Positions 20,333-31,019 of a DNA stretch of 64,000 bases are shown piece by piece (position 1 is the stretch's first letter; the number at the start of each line of letters is the position of its first letter). The notes beneath the pieces are model-generated. The model did no database searches. It was not told the DNA's origin and saw only the letters and a program-made list of their open reading frames with translations. Made by a program: the position numbers and the translations under genes. The DNA comes from an uncultured Candidatus Saccharibacteria bacterium (GTDB lineage: Bacteria > Patescibacteriota > WWE3 > UBA101185 > UBA10185): NCBI GenBank assembly GCA_964387275.1, contig CAYLVW010000001.1, forward strand, positions 355,508 to 419,507, read 5' to 3'.

Positions 20333-21739
20333 GTGAAAGCTGAAACCCTGCACATTAGACTAGCAAATATGGCAGCGCGATCTAGATTTATGACTGGTCT
20401 TGCTATTGTTACACTTATCGCAGCTTATCTTGGATTACATATCTTTGTCGACAGTTTTGACTGGACCTACAAGGGATATGGTTTTCTTATTTGGGCAGTT
20501 TTTCTGGTGCAATTTATATTTGCATGGGTTGTTACAGGATTTTTTGTACCTATCTTAAAGTCTCAAAAGGGAGTTCATGATATCAGTACTGTAAATGATA
20601 TGTACAGAATACGTGCAGGTAGATTGATTGACAGTGTTGCAGAAACAACGGGATATAACAAGGAAGTTCATAGACTTATTGTAAATGATACTACCCCTAA
20701 TGCGTTTGCAGCAGGCACAGGATCATCCACGTGTGTTGCGCTTAACTCAGGGCTTCTTAATATTTTGGATGACGATGAAGTAGAAGGGGTTATTGCTCAC
20801 GAATTTGGGCATCTTAAAAATAATGATATTTTCATTACGTTATTTGCTACAAGTTTGGTGGGTGCTTTTATCATTATCGGTCGCTTTATCATGAACGCGG
20901 GTATTTACAACCCTAAATCTTCCAAGAAAAATAACAGTTGGGTGTTGATTGCTCTTGGATTTGCCATTATGGCTTTTGGCTATATTTTTGCTCCTATTCT
21001 CACTGCTTTTATCAGTAGACAGCGAGAAAATCTGGCTGATCTTTATGCAAGTAGTTACGGGTATGGTGAAGGCCTTAAGAAAGCGCTGGCCAAGCTAGCT
21101 GCTTACAAGGGTAAAACTAAGCCAATTGTTGAAAATGCTGCTAGTCTTTATATCAACCAGCCTGTGACTGATTTTATTGGAAGTATATTTTCTACCCACC
21201 CCCCTATTGCAACTAGAATCAGCAATATTGATAATTTTATGAGCTCCGATGAAGGTAGGATTCCGGATACGCTTGAAAGTATTTTGAAAAGCTTTATTAC
21301 GTGGGTAGTCGTTCCTGCTACTGGTGCAATTGTAATGGCGTTTTCAGGTAAGTTTACGGATCTTTCAGGTATTTTTGGGATTCCTTATGTTTACTTGGCT
21401 TCTGTAATGTGGTTACTTGCTGTAAGCACACTGGTGGGCTCTGTGTCCACTAATTATTCTAAGTCAATATCGAATTGGATTCTCATTGCAGCTGGGTTTG
21501 TTTATCTCCTCGCATTTTGGGCAAGTGGTATGGTTGCAGTTAATCTTGGAAGCGAGTTGGGAGGTATTTTCGCAACAGTTGTTGCAACAATTATGTTTTG
21601 GGCTTGGGCAGTAAAACCAGCTACAGCAATGTTAGGACAGTATTTTGGTATTATGTCACTCGCTAGTGACTTTACGAATTACGCATCTTACATCTACGCT
21701 GTAAGCATTTTGGTGACTTTGGGGCTTAGATTCTTCTAG
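20333..21739 (+). CDS. HtpX-like M48 zinc metalloprotease with extra C-terminal TM domain
   Basis: PNAFA, HEFGH, SRQRENLAD, STHPP; GTG start behind aaggag. Confidence 0.85.
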   Translation: MKAETLHIRLANMAARSRFMTGLAIVTLIAAYLGLHIFVDSFDWTYKGYGFLIWAVFLVQFIFAWVVTGFFVPILKSQKGVHDISTVNDMYRIRAGRLIDSVAETTGYNKEVHRLIVNDTTPNAFAAGTGSSTCVALNSGLLNILDDDEVEGVIAHEFGHLKNNDIFITLFATSLVGAFIIIGRFIMNAGIYNPKSSKKNNSWVLIALGFAIMAFGYIFAPILTAFISRQRENLADLYASSYGYGEGLKKALAKLAAYKGKTKPIVENAASLYINQPVTDFIGSIFSTHPPIATRISNIDNFMSSDEGRIPDTLESILKSFITWVVVPATGAIVMAFSGKFTDLSGIFGIPYVYLASVMWLLAVSTLVGSVSTNYSKSISNWILIAAGFVYLLAFWASGMVAVNLGSELGGIFATVVATIMFWAWAVKPATAMLGQYFGIMSLASDFTNYASYIYAVSILVTLGLRFF

Positions 21740-21749
21740 TGTCCCTATG

Positions 21750-21789
21750 GGGCTTCATTTGTGATTTATCACAATTGAGGCCCTTTTTT
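21750..21789 (+). terminator. Intrinsic terminator
   Basis: gggcttcatttgtgat / atcacaattgaggccc plus T6. Confidence 0.8.
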
Positions 21790-21829
21790 GTTTAGTTTAC
21801 TGTGATATATAGGATAAGTAGGTGACAGA

Positions 21830-23014
21830 CTAGTTAAAACTTCCCACTACGCGTATAGCTTCTTCTACAGTAGTTTCGCCTGCAAGAACTTTGGCTAAAG
21901 CACTACTGCCCAAACTCCTAACTCCTTTTGCCTTAAGAATTTCTTGCAAATTAGGTAGTGACGAATCAGTCATAATAAGTTTTTTTAACTCGTCATCAAT
22001 CTCTACAATCTCAAAAATACCAGTTCTTCCAAGATATCCGCTGTTCATACACTTATCGCATCCCATTCCTTTAAAATAAATCTGATCTGCAGCTACGAGA
22101 TTTCCTAGATATGTTTTTTCAAGATCTGTTGGATAGTAAGGTTGTTTACAAGATGGACATATCTTTCTTACAAGTCTTGAAGCTACAATTCCTGTAAGGG
22201 CATTTGCAACAACAGAAGGAGGAACCTGCATCTCAAGAAGCCTTGCAACAGCAGCTCGGATATTTAGAGTGTGTATGGTGGAAAAAACTAACCTACCTGT
22301 TAGTGATACTTGAGCTGCAATTTGAGCAGACTCTGTATCCCTTATTTCCCCTAACATAACTACATCTGGATCTTGTCTTAATATTGACTTCATAGCTCGT
22401 GCAAAGGTGTATTCACTATCGGAACTCACTTGAGATTGTCTTGTACCATCCATAAGAAATTCAACAGGATCCTCTATCGTAATAATATTTACGCTTTGCT
22501 TATTTAAAACATTAAGCACAGAGTACATTAAACTGGTTTTTCCCGAACCGCTGGGGCCTGTTACCAAAATTATCCCAAATGGGCTCTTAATTAGTTTATT
22601 AATTAAATTAAACTGTTCAGGATCAAAACCAAATTCTCTAAGATCAAAAATTACACTATCCTTATTAAGAATTCTAAGGACAATGGACTCACCATACACT
22701 GAAGGAAATGTAGAAATCCTAAAATTGTATGTAGACATCTTATTTGAAACCTCAAAACTCCCATCCTGGGGTGTTCGGTGCTCAGTAATGTCAAGTTTAG
22801 ACATAACTTTCATGGTGGATGCAATTGGTTTATACAAGTCTCTAGGTAATTTAGAAACTTCGTATAAAACCCCGTCAATTCTAAAACGTACTGAAACATG
22901 ATTTCTTCCAGGATCCATATGAATATCACTTGCGTTTTTTTCTATGGCATCTGAAAGCATTTGCTCAAGCATTTTGGTAACTCTTGCGTCTTGTGAGATA
23001 TTCTGTTCGGGCAT
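21830..23014 (-). CDS. GspE/PilB-family type IV pilus assembly ATPase
   Basis: ASDIH, RFRIDG, GPSGSGKT, EDPVE, LRQDPD, GEIRD, two CxxC. Confidence 0.92.
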   Translation of the reverse strand: MPEQNISQDARVTKMLEQMLSDAIEKNASDIHMDPGRNHVSVRFRIDGVLYEVSKLPRDLYKPIASTMKVMSKLDITEHRTPQDGSFEVSNKMSTYNFRISTFPSVYGESIVLRILNKDSVIFDLREFGFDPEQFNLINKLIKSPFGIILVTGPSGSGKTSLMYSVLNVLNKQSVNIITIEDPVEFLMDGTRQSQVSSDSEYTFARAMKSILRQDPDVVMLGEIRDTESAQIAAQVSLTGRLVFSTIHTLNIRAAVARLLEMQVPPSVVANALTGIVASRLVRKICPSCKQPYYPTDLEKTYLGNLVAADQIYFKGMGCDKCMNSGYLGRTGIFEIVEIDDELKKLIMTDSSLPNLQEILKAKGVRSLGSSALAKVLAGETTVEEAIRVVGSFN

Positions 23015-23175
23015 TATTAATATCGTAGCATAAAATGAACGGACTGAGGACTAAGGCTAAGAGTTATTTTTAGTAGTTAGATTTAACAATATTCTGTTTA
23101 GTTTAGTATCAAAACTTATCGTGAAATTCTAATAATAAGATAGGAAATAACAACCTAAGTTGGTATTATTTAAAC

Positions 23176-23679
23176 ATGTTAAAAAAACCTAGAAGAATTA
23201 GCTGGGAAAAGTTTTGGTTTTTGCTATCAATGATGTACTCCTCAAGAGGTACATGCGACAGATTAAAAGTTGCGTGCTTATTGGTAAACAATAATAGGCT
23301 TGTAGGAGCAGGGTACAATGGATCACCGTCAGGATTACCTCATTGTGATGATGTGGGGCACTTGCTAATAGATGGACACTGCGAAAGAACATTGCACGCC
23401 GAGGAAAATGCAATTATTAATAGTGAGAGATCTAACATAAAAAATAGTGTCGCCTACATCACAGCTACACCTTGTATTAGATGCGCAAAATTACTTATAA
23501 ATTCAGGTGTTAAAGAAATTAAATGCCTTGGTACTTACAAAAACTCCAGAGGCAAAAATCATTTAGAAGATTTATTAAAACAAGCAAAAATCAAACTAAC
23601 TTATTCAAAGTTAAAACCACAAGAACTTATCGATAGTGCTGTGGTTTCTTTAAAATCTCAAGGCGGTTTGTTGACTTAG
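23176..23679 (+). CDS. dCMP deaminase / ComEB family
   Basis: GYNGSPSG, HAEENA, PCIRC. Confidence 0.88.
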   Translation: MLKKPRRISWEKFWFLLSMMYSSRGTCDRLKVACLLVNNNRLVGAGYNGSPSGLPHCDDVGHLLIDGHCERTLHAEENAIINSERSNIKNSVAYITATPCIRCAKLLINSGVKEIKCLGTYKNSRGKNHLEDLLKQAKIKLTYSKLKPQELIDSAVVSLKSQGGLLT

Positions 23680-23714
23680 CATATTACATCAAGCACTGGT
23701 ATAATGCCCTAGTT

Positions 23715-24524
23715 ATGAAAAATTTTGATGATGTAGTAAGCAATATAAATAGATCTAGAATTAATGTGCCTGTAGACCACAACCCTTTAGTTAAAAAGGT
23801 ACTTGAACAGGTAAATTCTAATGAGGAAATTAAAACTCTCTGGCACTGTATAAATGTTAATGCAATAGATAGGTTAGAAATGACCGATCATGGGCCTGTA
23901 CATTTTCAAATAGTTTCAAACATTGCCCTTAAGCTTACAAGACTTCTAAATAAGCACTCAGTACAACTCTCTGTGGAAAAGGATCACGGTCTTTCTTATG
24001 AGCATGGGGAGCTTGTGGTTGTGCTTGCGAGTCTTTTTCATGATCTTGGTATGTCTATAAACAGAGAGGGACATGAAGAATTTAGTTTAATTGTTGCAAG
24101 CAAGATAATAGACGATGTCTTAAGCTTTATGCCTATAGTAGAAAAAACGATAGTTAAATCTGAAGCACTACATGCAATAATCAGCCACAGGTCCGGAGGC
24201 AGACCCTACACTATAGAAGCAGGAATAGTAAGAGTTGCTGACGCGCTTGACATGGCTGAAGGAAGATCCAGATTAACGTATGAGACAGGTATTGTAAATA
24301 TGCATTCACTTTCTCATGCTGCCATCGACTCTGTAGATATTGAAGAGGGAACTGAAAAACCAATTAAAATCCAAATTAATATGAATAACTCTTCAGGACT
24401 TTTTCAGGTAGATGAACTACTAAATAAAAAAGTAAGAGGATCTGGTCTTGAAAAATATATTAGTGTGAAAGCCTTAATATCAAGGGATACAGAAGAAAGC
24501 CTACTTAAGGAATTTATTTTCTAA
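23715..24524 (+). CDS. HD-domain phosphohydrolase
   Basis: DHGPVH, FHDLG, ADALD. Confidence 0.85.
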   Translation: MKNFDDVVSNINRSRINVPVDHNPLVKKVLEQVNSNEEIKTLWHCINVNAIDRLEMTDHGPVHFQIVSNIALKLTRLLNKHSVQLSVEKDHGLSYEHGELVVVLASLFHDLGMSINREGHEEFSLIVASKIIDDVLSFMPIVEKTIVKSEALHAIISHRSGGRPYTIEAGIVRVADALDMAEGRSRLTYETGIVNMHSLSHAAIDSVDIEEGTEKPIKIQINMNNSSGLFQVDELLNKKVRGSGLEKYISVKALISRDTEESLLKEFIF

Positions 24525-24612
24525 AACTGTACCTACTTATCCAACCAACATAAGTTAATCCTAAAGATAGTTAACTCTGGTAGTTTTAATTAAAAACTTA
24601 TAGAATCAATTT

Positions 24613-25494
24613 ATGCCCATTAGAAATCTGTTCATGTTGCCATTTGATCACCGAGCGTCTTTTTCAAGAGATCTTCTTAAAATTACAGGTCAACTAGACT
24701 CGAATCAAACTCAAAAAATTGCAAAACTTAAGAACCTTATCTTTCTAGCCTTTCTGAATACTTATGCTAAGTATAGAAATGATAATTTTGCGATATTGGT
24801 TGACGAGCAGTTCGGTGGAGAAGTAATAAGAGGGTGCAAAGAGTTCGGAATAGAATTTGCCACATCCGTAGAAAAAAGTGGTCAAAAGATTTTTGATTTT
24901 GAATACGGCACTGATTACCAAAAACATTTAACAAAAATTAACCCTAATTATGCAAAAGTGCTTGTACGATATCACCCAGAAAATGTACAAGATAATGAAA
25001 TACAACTAAAAAGGCTGGTTGATCTGAGTACTTTTTGTGAGAAAAAGGATATAAAGCTTCTTTTTGAGCTTTTACTTAATCCAAGCGATAAAGACATCGA
25101 AAAAGCAGGCTCAAGAGAAAATTTTGACAATATGTACAGGGCGGATTTGATGAAGCAAGCGGTAAGGGAAGTAAGATCAGTACTAAAACCCACTATATGG
25201 AAACTTGAGGGAATGAATAGCCATGAAGAATGGGATAAGATCCTATCGGTCTTAAGCCCAGAAGAAAAAATAATAGTTTTAGGGAGAGGGGAAAACAAAG
25301 AAAATGTAAGCAAGTGGCTAGATATAGCTGCAAAAAAACCAAACATTGTAGGATTTGCCATAGGAAGGACAATATTTTATAACCCTCTTAAAAAATACTT
25401 AGCAAAAGAAATTAGTGAAAGCTCATGTGTGTCAGAAATAGCTAGCAATTTTGAGGAATTTATTGTTGAATGGAAAAACTTTAAGTCTCTCTAA
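24613..25494 (+). CDS. DUF2090 / aldolase-like TIM barrel protein
   Basis: LPFDHR, ILVDEQFG, EKSG, WKLEG, GFAIGRTIF. Confidence 0.8.
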   Translation: MPIRNLFMLPFDHRASFSRDLLKITGQLDSNQTQKIAKLKNLIFLAFLNTYAKYRNDNFAILVDEQFGGEVIRGCKEFGIEFATSVEKSGQKIFDFEYGTDYQKHLTKINPNYAKVLVRYHPENVQDNEIQLKRLVDLSTFCEKKDIKLLFELLLNPSDKDIEKAGSRENFDNMYRADLMKQAVREVRSVLKPTIWKLEGMNSHEEWDKILSVLSPEEKIIVLGRGENKENVSKWLDIAAKKPNIVGFAIGRTIFYNPLKKYLAKEISESSCVSEIASNFEEFIVEWKNFKSL

Positions 25495-25499
25495 ATATA

Positions 25500-27446
25500 A
25501 TGAATGATGCATTTACGGAACTATTCAAAGATGTAATAAAAGGTCTTAGGAAGTACTACCTAGTATTCTCTCTGACAATTTTACTTCTAGCCTTTTCATC
25601 AAGTTTTTATCCTGTACTAAATATACCTCTATATATTATAGTTACAGTCTTTTTGATGGGTTATTTAAGATATTCTACGATGCACAAAAAAAAGATACGA
25701 CTCTTACTAATCCTTCATCTAACTTTATTAATGTTTATTGGGCTACAAAATAGCAATACAACTATTAGTTTTTATATGTCTGGTGTGTTTTTAGTAGTTA
25801 TATATGTGGAATCAAAAATTTCTATAGTTAAATCTCCTGATGCAATATATAAACTTCTAAAAAGTAAATTTCCAGAATCTGCCAACAAATTAGTCAACTT
25901 TAAAATTGAGAATGTACTAGTGGATAAGCTAGTGAATGGAGATGTTGTTGTAGTCAATGCCGGAGAGATTATTCCAGTAGACGGTGTAATAGAAAGCGGA
26001 ACTTCTAGTGTTGATGAGTCCGGTTTAACTGGCGATTTTATCTACAAAGAGAAGTCCCCAGGCTCAGAAGTAGTAGCGGGATCTATAAATAAACTTACTA
26101 CTATACAAATAAAAATAATAAAAGATCCATCCTTATGGTTAAAAAATATAATATTATCACTTGTTTCTGAGAAACGCCCCCACGCTTATTTAATAGACAG
26201 CTTCGATAAATTATATCTGCCAAATATGCTGGTTTACATAGTAGTCACTATATTTGTAACTCTTTATGTGCTACTTGCTCTTGACAAAATACATTTAAAT
26301 TCTCTATGGTATTCGGTAATTTCATTTCCACTAGGGTTATATTTTATCTTCATATTTTCTATTGAACACTTTACTAAAGCTTTGTCAAAAGAGGGATATC
26401 AAATAAATAATTTCTACTCATTTCTGCTTTCATCCGCAACTAAATCAGTTGTTTTTGGTAAATCTGGTATCTTGGTTGATAGTGTTGCAGAAGTATTGGA
26501 AATGAAAACTTTTGACACAAAACTTCAAAGGTATACTCTAAACTCGATACTAGAAATTGTTTACGTTGTAGTAAGAAAATCGAAACATGACTATTCTGAC
26601 GCAATAATTAAGTACATAAACAATAGAGTCACAAGCGTAGATAACGAAATAAGCCTATCTGAATACAAAGAGGTAATAGGAGAGGGTATTACGTGTTATG
26701 CCGATTCTATAAAGGTTATGATTGGTAACTATAAACTCTGTGAGAATAATCTTATATTTGTTCCTATAAAAGTCAGAGAGTTTGTTGAAGAGATAGAGTC
26801 CTATAAAGGAGAAGCAGTTTTTATTGTATTTAACAAAGAAGTAGTAGCTGTGTTCGCAATTACCAATTTATCAAAATCAGAACTCTCAAGTACTATAGAT
26901 AAAATTAAAGAATATGGAATAAAAACTGTACTAATTACCGGTGATAACCAAGAAAACGCCCAAAAAATATTTAATCGATATAAACTCGAAGATTATTATT
27001 ACGGTGTAACCCCAAGAGATAAGGCAGAAAAAGTATCAGTTATAAAACAAAAATACGGTAATGGTATTACACTTGCTGTTGGTGACTCCTTTAGTGATAT
27101 AGGAGCATTAATTGAGGCTGATCTATCACTTTCTTTAAAAAGTTCGGCGGAAATTGTCCAAACAGTATCAAGTGTTATACTGCCAACAGATTCTATAGAA
27201 CGCATTGAAGAGCTGATAAATTATGGGTATTTCACAAGATACAGTATTATGAGAAACCTTTGGATTAACTTAACAGCATACCCACTTATAGTGTTCATAA
27301 GCACTATGCTTAATATAGATAGTGTATTTCCACTTTTATATAGTCTACTCACAGTCCCTGTAGCTTACTTAATCAGTTTATATACAAGCAATCTTATTAT
27401 CAAAAAACAGAACTTGACCGCAATGAACACCGCACTAAAGTCGTAG
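25500..27446 (+). CDS. Degenerate P1B-type ATPase homolog lacking the phosphorylated Asp
   Basis: GEIIPVDG, VDESGLTGD, ITGDN retained; DKTGT replaced by GKSGI; no CPC. Confidence 0.75.
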   Translation: MNDAFTELFKDVIKGLRKYYLVFSLTILLLAFSSSFYPVLNIPLYIIVTVFLMGYLRYSTMHKKKIRLLLILHLTLLMFIGLQNSNTTISFYMSGVFLVVIYVESKISIVKSPDAIYKLLKSKFPESANKLVNFKIENVLVDKLVNGDVVVVNAGEIIPVDGVIESGTSSVDESGLTGDFIYKEKSPGSEVVAGSINKLTTIQIKIIKDPSLWLKNIILSLVSEKRPHAYLIDSFDKLYLPNMLVYIVVTIFVTLYVLLALDKIHLNSLWYSVISFPLGLYFIFIFSIEHFTKALSKEGYQINNFYSFLLSSATKSVVFGKSGILVDSVAEVLEMKTFDTKLQRYTLNSILEIVYVVVRKSKHDYSDAIIKYINNRVTSVDNEISLSEYKEVIGEGITCYADSIKVMIGNYKLCENNLIFVPIKVREFVEEIESYKGEAVFIVFNKEVVAVFAITNLSKSELSSTIDKIKEYGIKTVLITGDNQENAQKIFNRYKLEDYYYGVTPRDKAEKVSVIKQKYGNGITLAVGDSFSDIGALIEADLSLSLKSSAEIVQTVSSVILPTDSIERIEELINYGYFTRYSIMRNLWINLTAYPLIVFISTMLNIDSVFPLLYSLLTVPVAYLISLYTSNLIIKKQNLTAMNTALKS

Positions 27447-27484
27447 TTATTGACTTTAACTTAATTTTCAACGAATATAAAACT

Positions 27485-28243
27485 ATGCCTACACAAAAAA
27501 CAAAACCACTAATATTATCTAAAAGATTTCTATTTGTCTTTGCTGCTTCAGCTTTTTTGGTATGGACAATCTATGCACTAGCAGATATGAGATGGGGTAC
27601 TGTTAAACTTGGATCCGAAAAAACAATTACAGTTATAGGATCTTCATCAGAACAGCAAAATAATCAAATTGCATCTTTCACAACTACTATAACAGCAACT
27701 AATGAAGATAAATCTCTTGCATATGAGGAGGCTAATACGAGAATGAGTGACCTAATTGATTCGATAAAAGCCTTTGGAGTAGATGCAAAGGATTTGAAAA
27801 CAACCTACGTAAATGTATTTCAACAAGAAGAACCTTACTTAGAAAATGGTGTACAAAAATACAAACCAACTCAGTGGAGAGCCAGTCTTTCTCTTGAAAT
27901 AAAATTAAGAGATGTTACAAGGGTACAAGATCTCACTACTTTACTAACTGATAAAAATGCCGGCGATTTGTATGGACCAAATTATGCAACAGATGACTCT
28001 ATGAATAATGATAGTAATAATCTTATGATGTCGGCACTGGCTAATGCCAGAACTAAAGCCGAAACTATTGCAAAGTCTCAAAACACTAAAATTAAGGGAG
28101 TTCTTAGTGTAGTGGAAGGCTACAATACCTCAAATTACCCTGTTTACGGTTTAGAAAAGGCCATGGGAGGTGGTGGGTCAGGTTTTGAACCCGGCACTAC
28201 TGAAGTGTCTAAGTCTGTAACCGTAACCTACATTGTCGAGTAA
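27485..28243 (+). CDS. SIMPL (DUF541) domain protein
   Basis: TM, TITVIG, ALANARTKAETIA, PGTTEVSKSVTVTY. Confidence 0.85.
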   Translation: MPTQKTKPLILSKRFLFVFAASAFLVWTIYALADMRWGTVKLGSEKTITVIGSSSEQQNNQIASFTTTITATNEDKSLAYEEANTRMSDLIDSIKAFGVDAKDLKTTYVNVFQQEEPYLENGVQKYKPTQWRASLSLEIKLRDVTRVQDLTTLLTDKNAGDLYGPNYATDDSMNNDSNNLMMSALANARTKAETIAKSQNTKIKGVLSVVEGYNTSNYPVYGLEKAMGGGGSGFEPGTTEVSKSVTVTYIVE

Positions 28244-28272
28244 TCGGGATGTAGTTATAGCAAACCCAACTT

Positions 28273-28303
28273 GAAAAGGGCGGGCCTACGGCCCGCCCTT
28301 TTC
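28273..28303. terminator. Bidirectional terminator between SIMPL gene and leuS
   Basis: gaaaagggcgggcc-tac-ggcccgcccttttc. Confidence 0.9.
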
Positions 28304-28336
28304 TTATCAAAAAAAAAATAGAAAAACTGCAAGAAA

Positions 28337-30775
28337 CTACTTTGTAACAAAACTCAAAATCTTACCTTGAACATAAACAACCCTTACAACAGTTCCCAAT
28401 AAAAACTTTGAAATAGCAGAATCAGATTTAGCTAAACGTACAGCCTCTTCTTCGGTTGTCGTAGGAGAAAGAGTAACAAGACCTCGAACCTTACCGTTTA
28501 CCTGAACAGCTACCTTCATAGACTCTTCCTTAAATTCATCGCCACTTAACACAGGCCAACTCTGAACATGAATACTATTTTTAGCATCCCAGATTGCATT
28601 AGAATGTAATTCCTGCCACAGATCTTCTGTAACAAAAGGCGCAAATGGTGCTAACAAAATTAAGAGCTTTTTATATGTTTTAACATTTAAACTACCTGAT
28701 GCTTTTACTATGTTGGTGAATTTCATAAACTCACTAACAGCGGTGTTCATTTTCAGGTTATCACACATATAAGTAATATTTTTAATGAGGGTATTCATAC
28801 CCCTTTCTACCTCAGCACTCTCTGCATCTGTAACCTTATCCTTTAACATATACACACTACTAACCAGCTTATAGGTTGCTTTTATACCAGAGGGATTCCA
28901 TGGATATGTATCTTCATAGGGGCCTATAAAACAAATGTATAACCTTAAAGCATCGGCACCGTAGGCATCTGCCATCTCTATTGGATCAATTATGTTACCA
29001 ATAGATTTGGACATTTTTCTGCCATCAGGGCCTAGTAACAAACCACCGGTCATTCTCCATGAATAAGGCTCTTGGGTAGGAAGTAATCCCTGATCATAAA
29101 GGAACTTATGCCAAAACCTTGAATACAATAGATGCAAGGTAATATGCTCAGACCCTCCAAAATATTTATCAACAGGCAACCAATACTCCATCTTTTTTGG
29201 GTCAGCAAACTGTTTGTCATTCTTAGGATCCAGATATCTTATATAGTACCAGCAAGATCCTGCCCAGTTTGGCATTGTATTTGTTTCTCTGGTTGCAGGA
29301 TTTCCCAATGAATCAATGGTCTGCAACCATTTACTATTTTTGGTCAGTGGGGAATTTCCATCTGCAGTAGGTGAAAAATCTGAAACATCTGGAAGAACTA
29401 ATGGCAATATTTCATTTACTTTTTCAAAATCACTTGTTTTAACTATGGCCTCTACAGTACCATCACTTTTATGTAAAACAGGAATAGGCTCACCCCAGTA
29501 TCTTTGCCTAGAAAATAACCAGTCTCGTATTTTATAAGTTACTTTTGAAAAACCTTTAGATTCCTCTTTCAACCTTTCAATAACCTTTAAGAAAAAATCA
29601 CTACTTTTAACACCATTGTATCCATGTGAATTAATCATCTGACCTGCTTCATCAATAACTGGAATAATAGGTAGCTTAGAAACAATTGCAAATTCTTTAT
29701 CTCTATCGTCGTGTGCAGGAACCCCCATAATAACCCCAGTACCATAGTCGTTTAATACATAGTCAGCAACATAAATTGGCACCGTATCCTTGCTTTCTGA
29801 AAAAGGGTGTTTAGCAACAAATCCTTTAACTTCTACACCAGTTTTTACTTTGCTAGATCTTCGTTCTAAGTCAGTCTTACTTTTTGATAACTCGATATAA
29901 GAATGTACTTCCTCCCAATTACTTATTTTTGATCTTAAACTGGATAACAAGGAGTTTTCAGGAGAAATAGCAATAAAAGATACTCCAAAAATAGTGTCAG
30001 GACGAGTAGTATAAACTTCTGCATCCTCTAACTTGGCACCGTCAGCGTCTACCAACTCAAAAGTAATCTGAGCTCCCTCACTTCTACCGATCCAATTAGT
30101 TTGTGCAGATTTAATAGATTCAGGGAAATCCACCAAACTTAAACCTTCAATAAGCTTATCTGCATATTTTGTAATTTTTAACGTCCACTGTTTAACATTT
30201 TTCCTAACCACTGGATGATTACCGCGTTCGGAAATCTTGTTACCATCCTTATCGGTAAGCACCTCTTCCTCTGCAAGAACAGTCTTGAGTTCCTCACACC
30301 ACCAAACAGGTGATTCTTTATACTCTGCAAGACCTGCTTCAAAAAACTTCAAAAACATCCATTGTGTCCATTTGTAGTAATCGGGGTTACTCGTAACAAC
30401 CTCTCTATCCCAATCAAAACCATAACCCATTCTCTTAAAAGATTCAGTATAATTTCTAATTGCTTCTTCTGTCGTAACAGACGGATGTATTCCTGTTTTT
30501 ACTGCAAAATTTTCCGCAGGTAATCCAAAGGAGTCATAGCCCATTGGAAATAACACATTGTAACCATTCATTCTAAGAAAACGGGAATAAACATCGGGCA
30601 CGGTATACCTCATCATATGCCCAGCATGCAACGCCTTACCAGAAGGGTAGGGAAACTCAGCTAAAATATATTTTTTAGGCTTACTAGAAAAATCCTCCGC
30701 CTTAAAAATATTATCCTTATACCAACCATCGGACCATTTCTTTTCAACTTTTGTGTGATCGTAAACACGAGTCAT
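28337..30775 (-). CDS. leuS: Leucine--tRNA ligase
   Basis: FPYPSG..LHAGH, NWIGRSEG, GTGVIMGVPAHD, KMSKS. Confidence 0.97.
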   Translation of the reverse strand: MTRVYDHTKVEKKWSDGWYKDNIFKAEDFSSKPKKYILAEFPYPSGKALHAGHMMRYTVPDVYSRFLRMNGYNVLFPMGYDSFGLPAENFAVKTGIHPSVTTEEAIRNYTESFKRMGYGFDWDREVVTSNPDYYKWTQWMFLKFFEAGLAEYKESPVWWCEELKTVLAEEEVLTDKDGNKISERGNHPVVRKNVKQWTLKITKYADKLIEGLSLVDFPESIKSAQTNWIGRSEGAQITFELVDADGAKLEDAEVYTTRPDTIFGVSFIAISPENSLLSSLRSKISNWEEVHSYIELSKSKTDLERRSSKVKTGVEVKGFVAKHPFSESKDTVPIYVADYVLNDYGTGVIMGVPAHDDRDKEFAIVSKLPIIPVIDEAGQMINSHGYNGVKSSDFFLKVIERLKEESKGFSKVTYKIRDWLFSRQRYWGEPIPVLHKSDGTVEAIVKTSDFEKVNEILPLVLPDVSDFSPTADGNSPLTKNSKWLQTIDSLGNPATRETNTMPNWAGSCWYYIRYLDPKNDKQFADPKKMEYWLPVDKYFGGSEHITLHLLYSRFWHKFLYDQGLLPTQEPYSWRMTGGLLLGPDGRKMSKSIGNIIDPIEMADAYGADALRLYICFIGPYEDTYPWNPSGIKATYKLVSSVYMLKDKVTDAESAEVERGMNTLIKNITYMCDNLKMNTAVSEFMKFTNIVKASGSLNVKTYKKLLILLAPFAPFVTEDLWQELHSNAIWDAKNSIHVQSWPVLSGDEFKEESMKVAVQVNGKVRGLVTLSPTTTEEEAVRLAKSDSAISKFLLGTVVRVVYVQGKILSFVTK

Positions 30776-31019
30776 AATAGTAATTTATACAGCTGAAACA
30801 CTCCAAAATCAATATATTGGCTGTGTGATAGAAGATTTTGGCACAATACTATAAACTTTACTTTTAAGATGCAATCTAGGTAAAAATAACCATAGAGCAG
30901 ACAAATATCGAATTTACTGTATGCACCAGTAGTTTAAAACCCTACTAAAACGGTACTTAAAAATCACACTGACCTGATAGTTGATTTTTAGTCAATTTTA
31001 TTATAATATTCACATCTGT

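Noticed and set aside
14256-21789. Prophage or integron cassette array as the source of the SD-led genes
   Set aside because: No phage structural or replication genes, no integron integrase and no attC-like RYYYAAC..GTTRRRY boundaries found; the units carry their own promoters.
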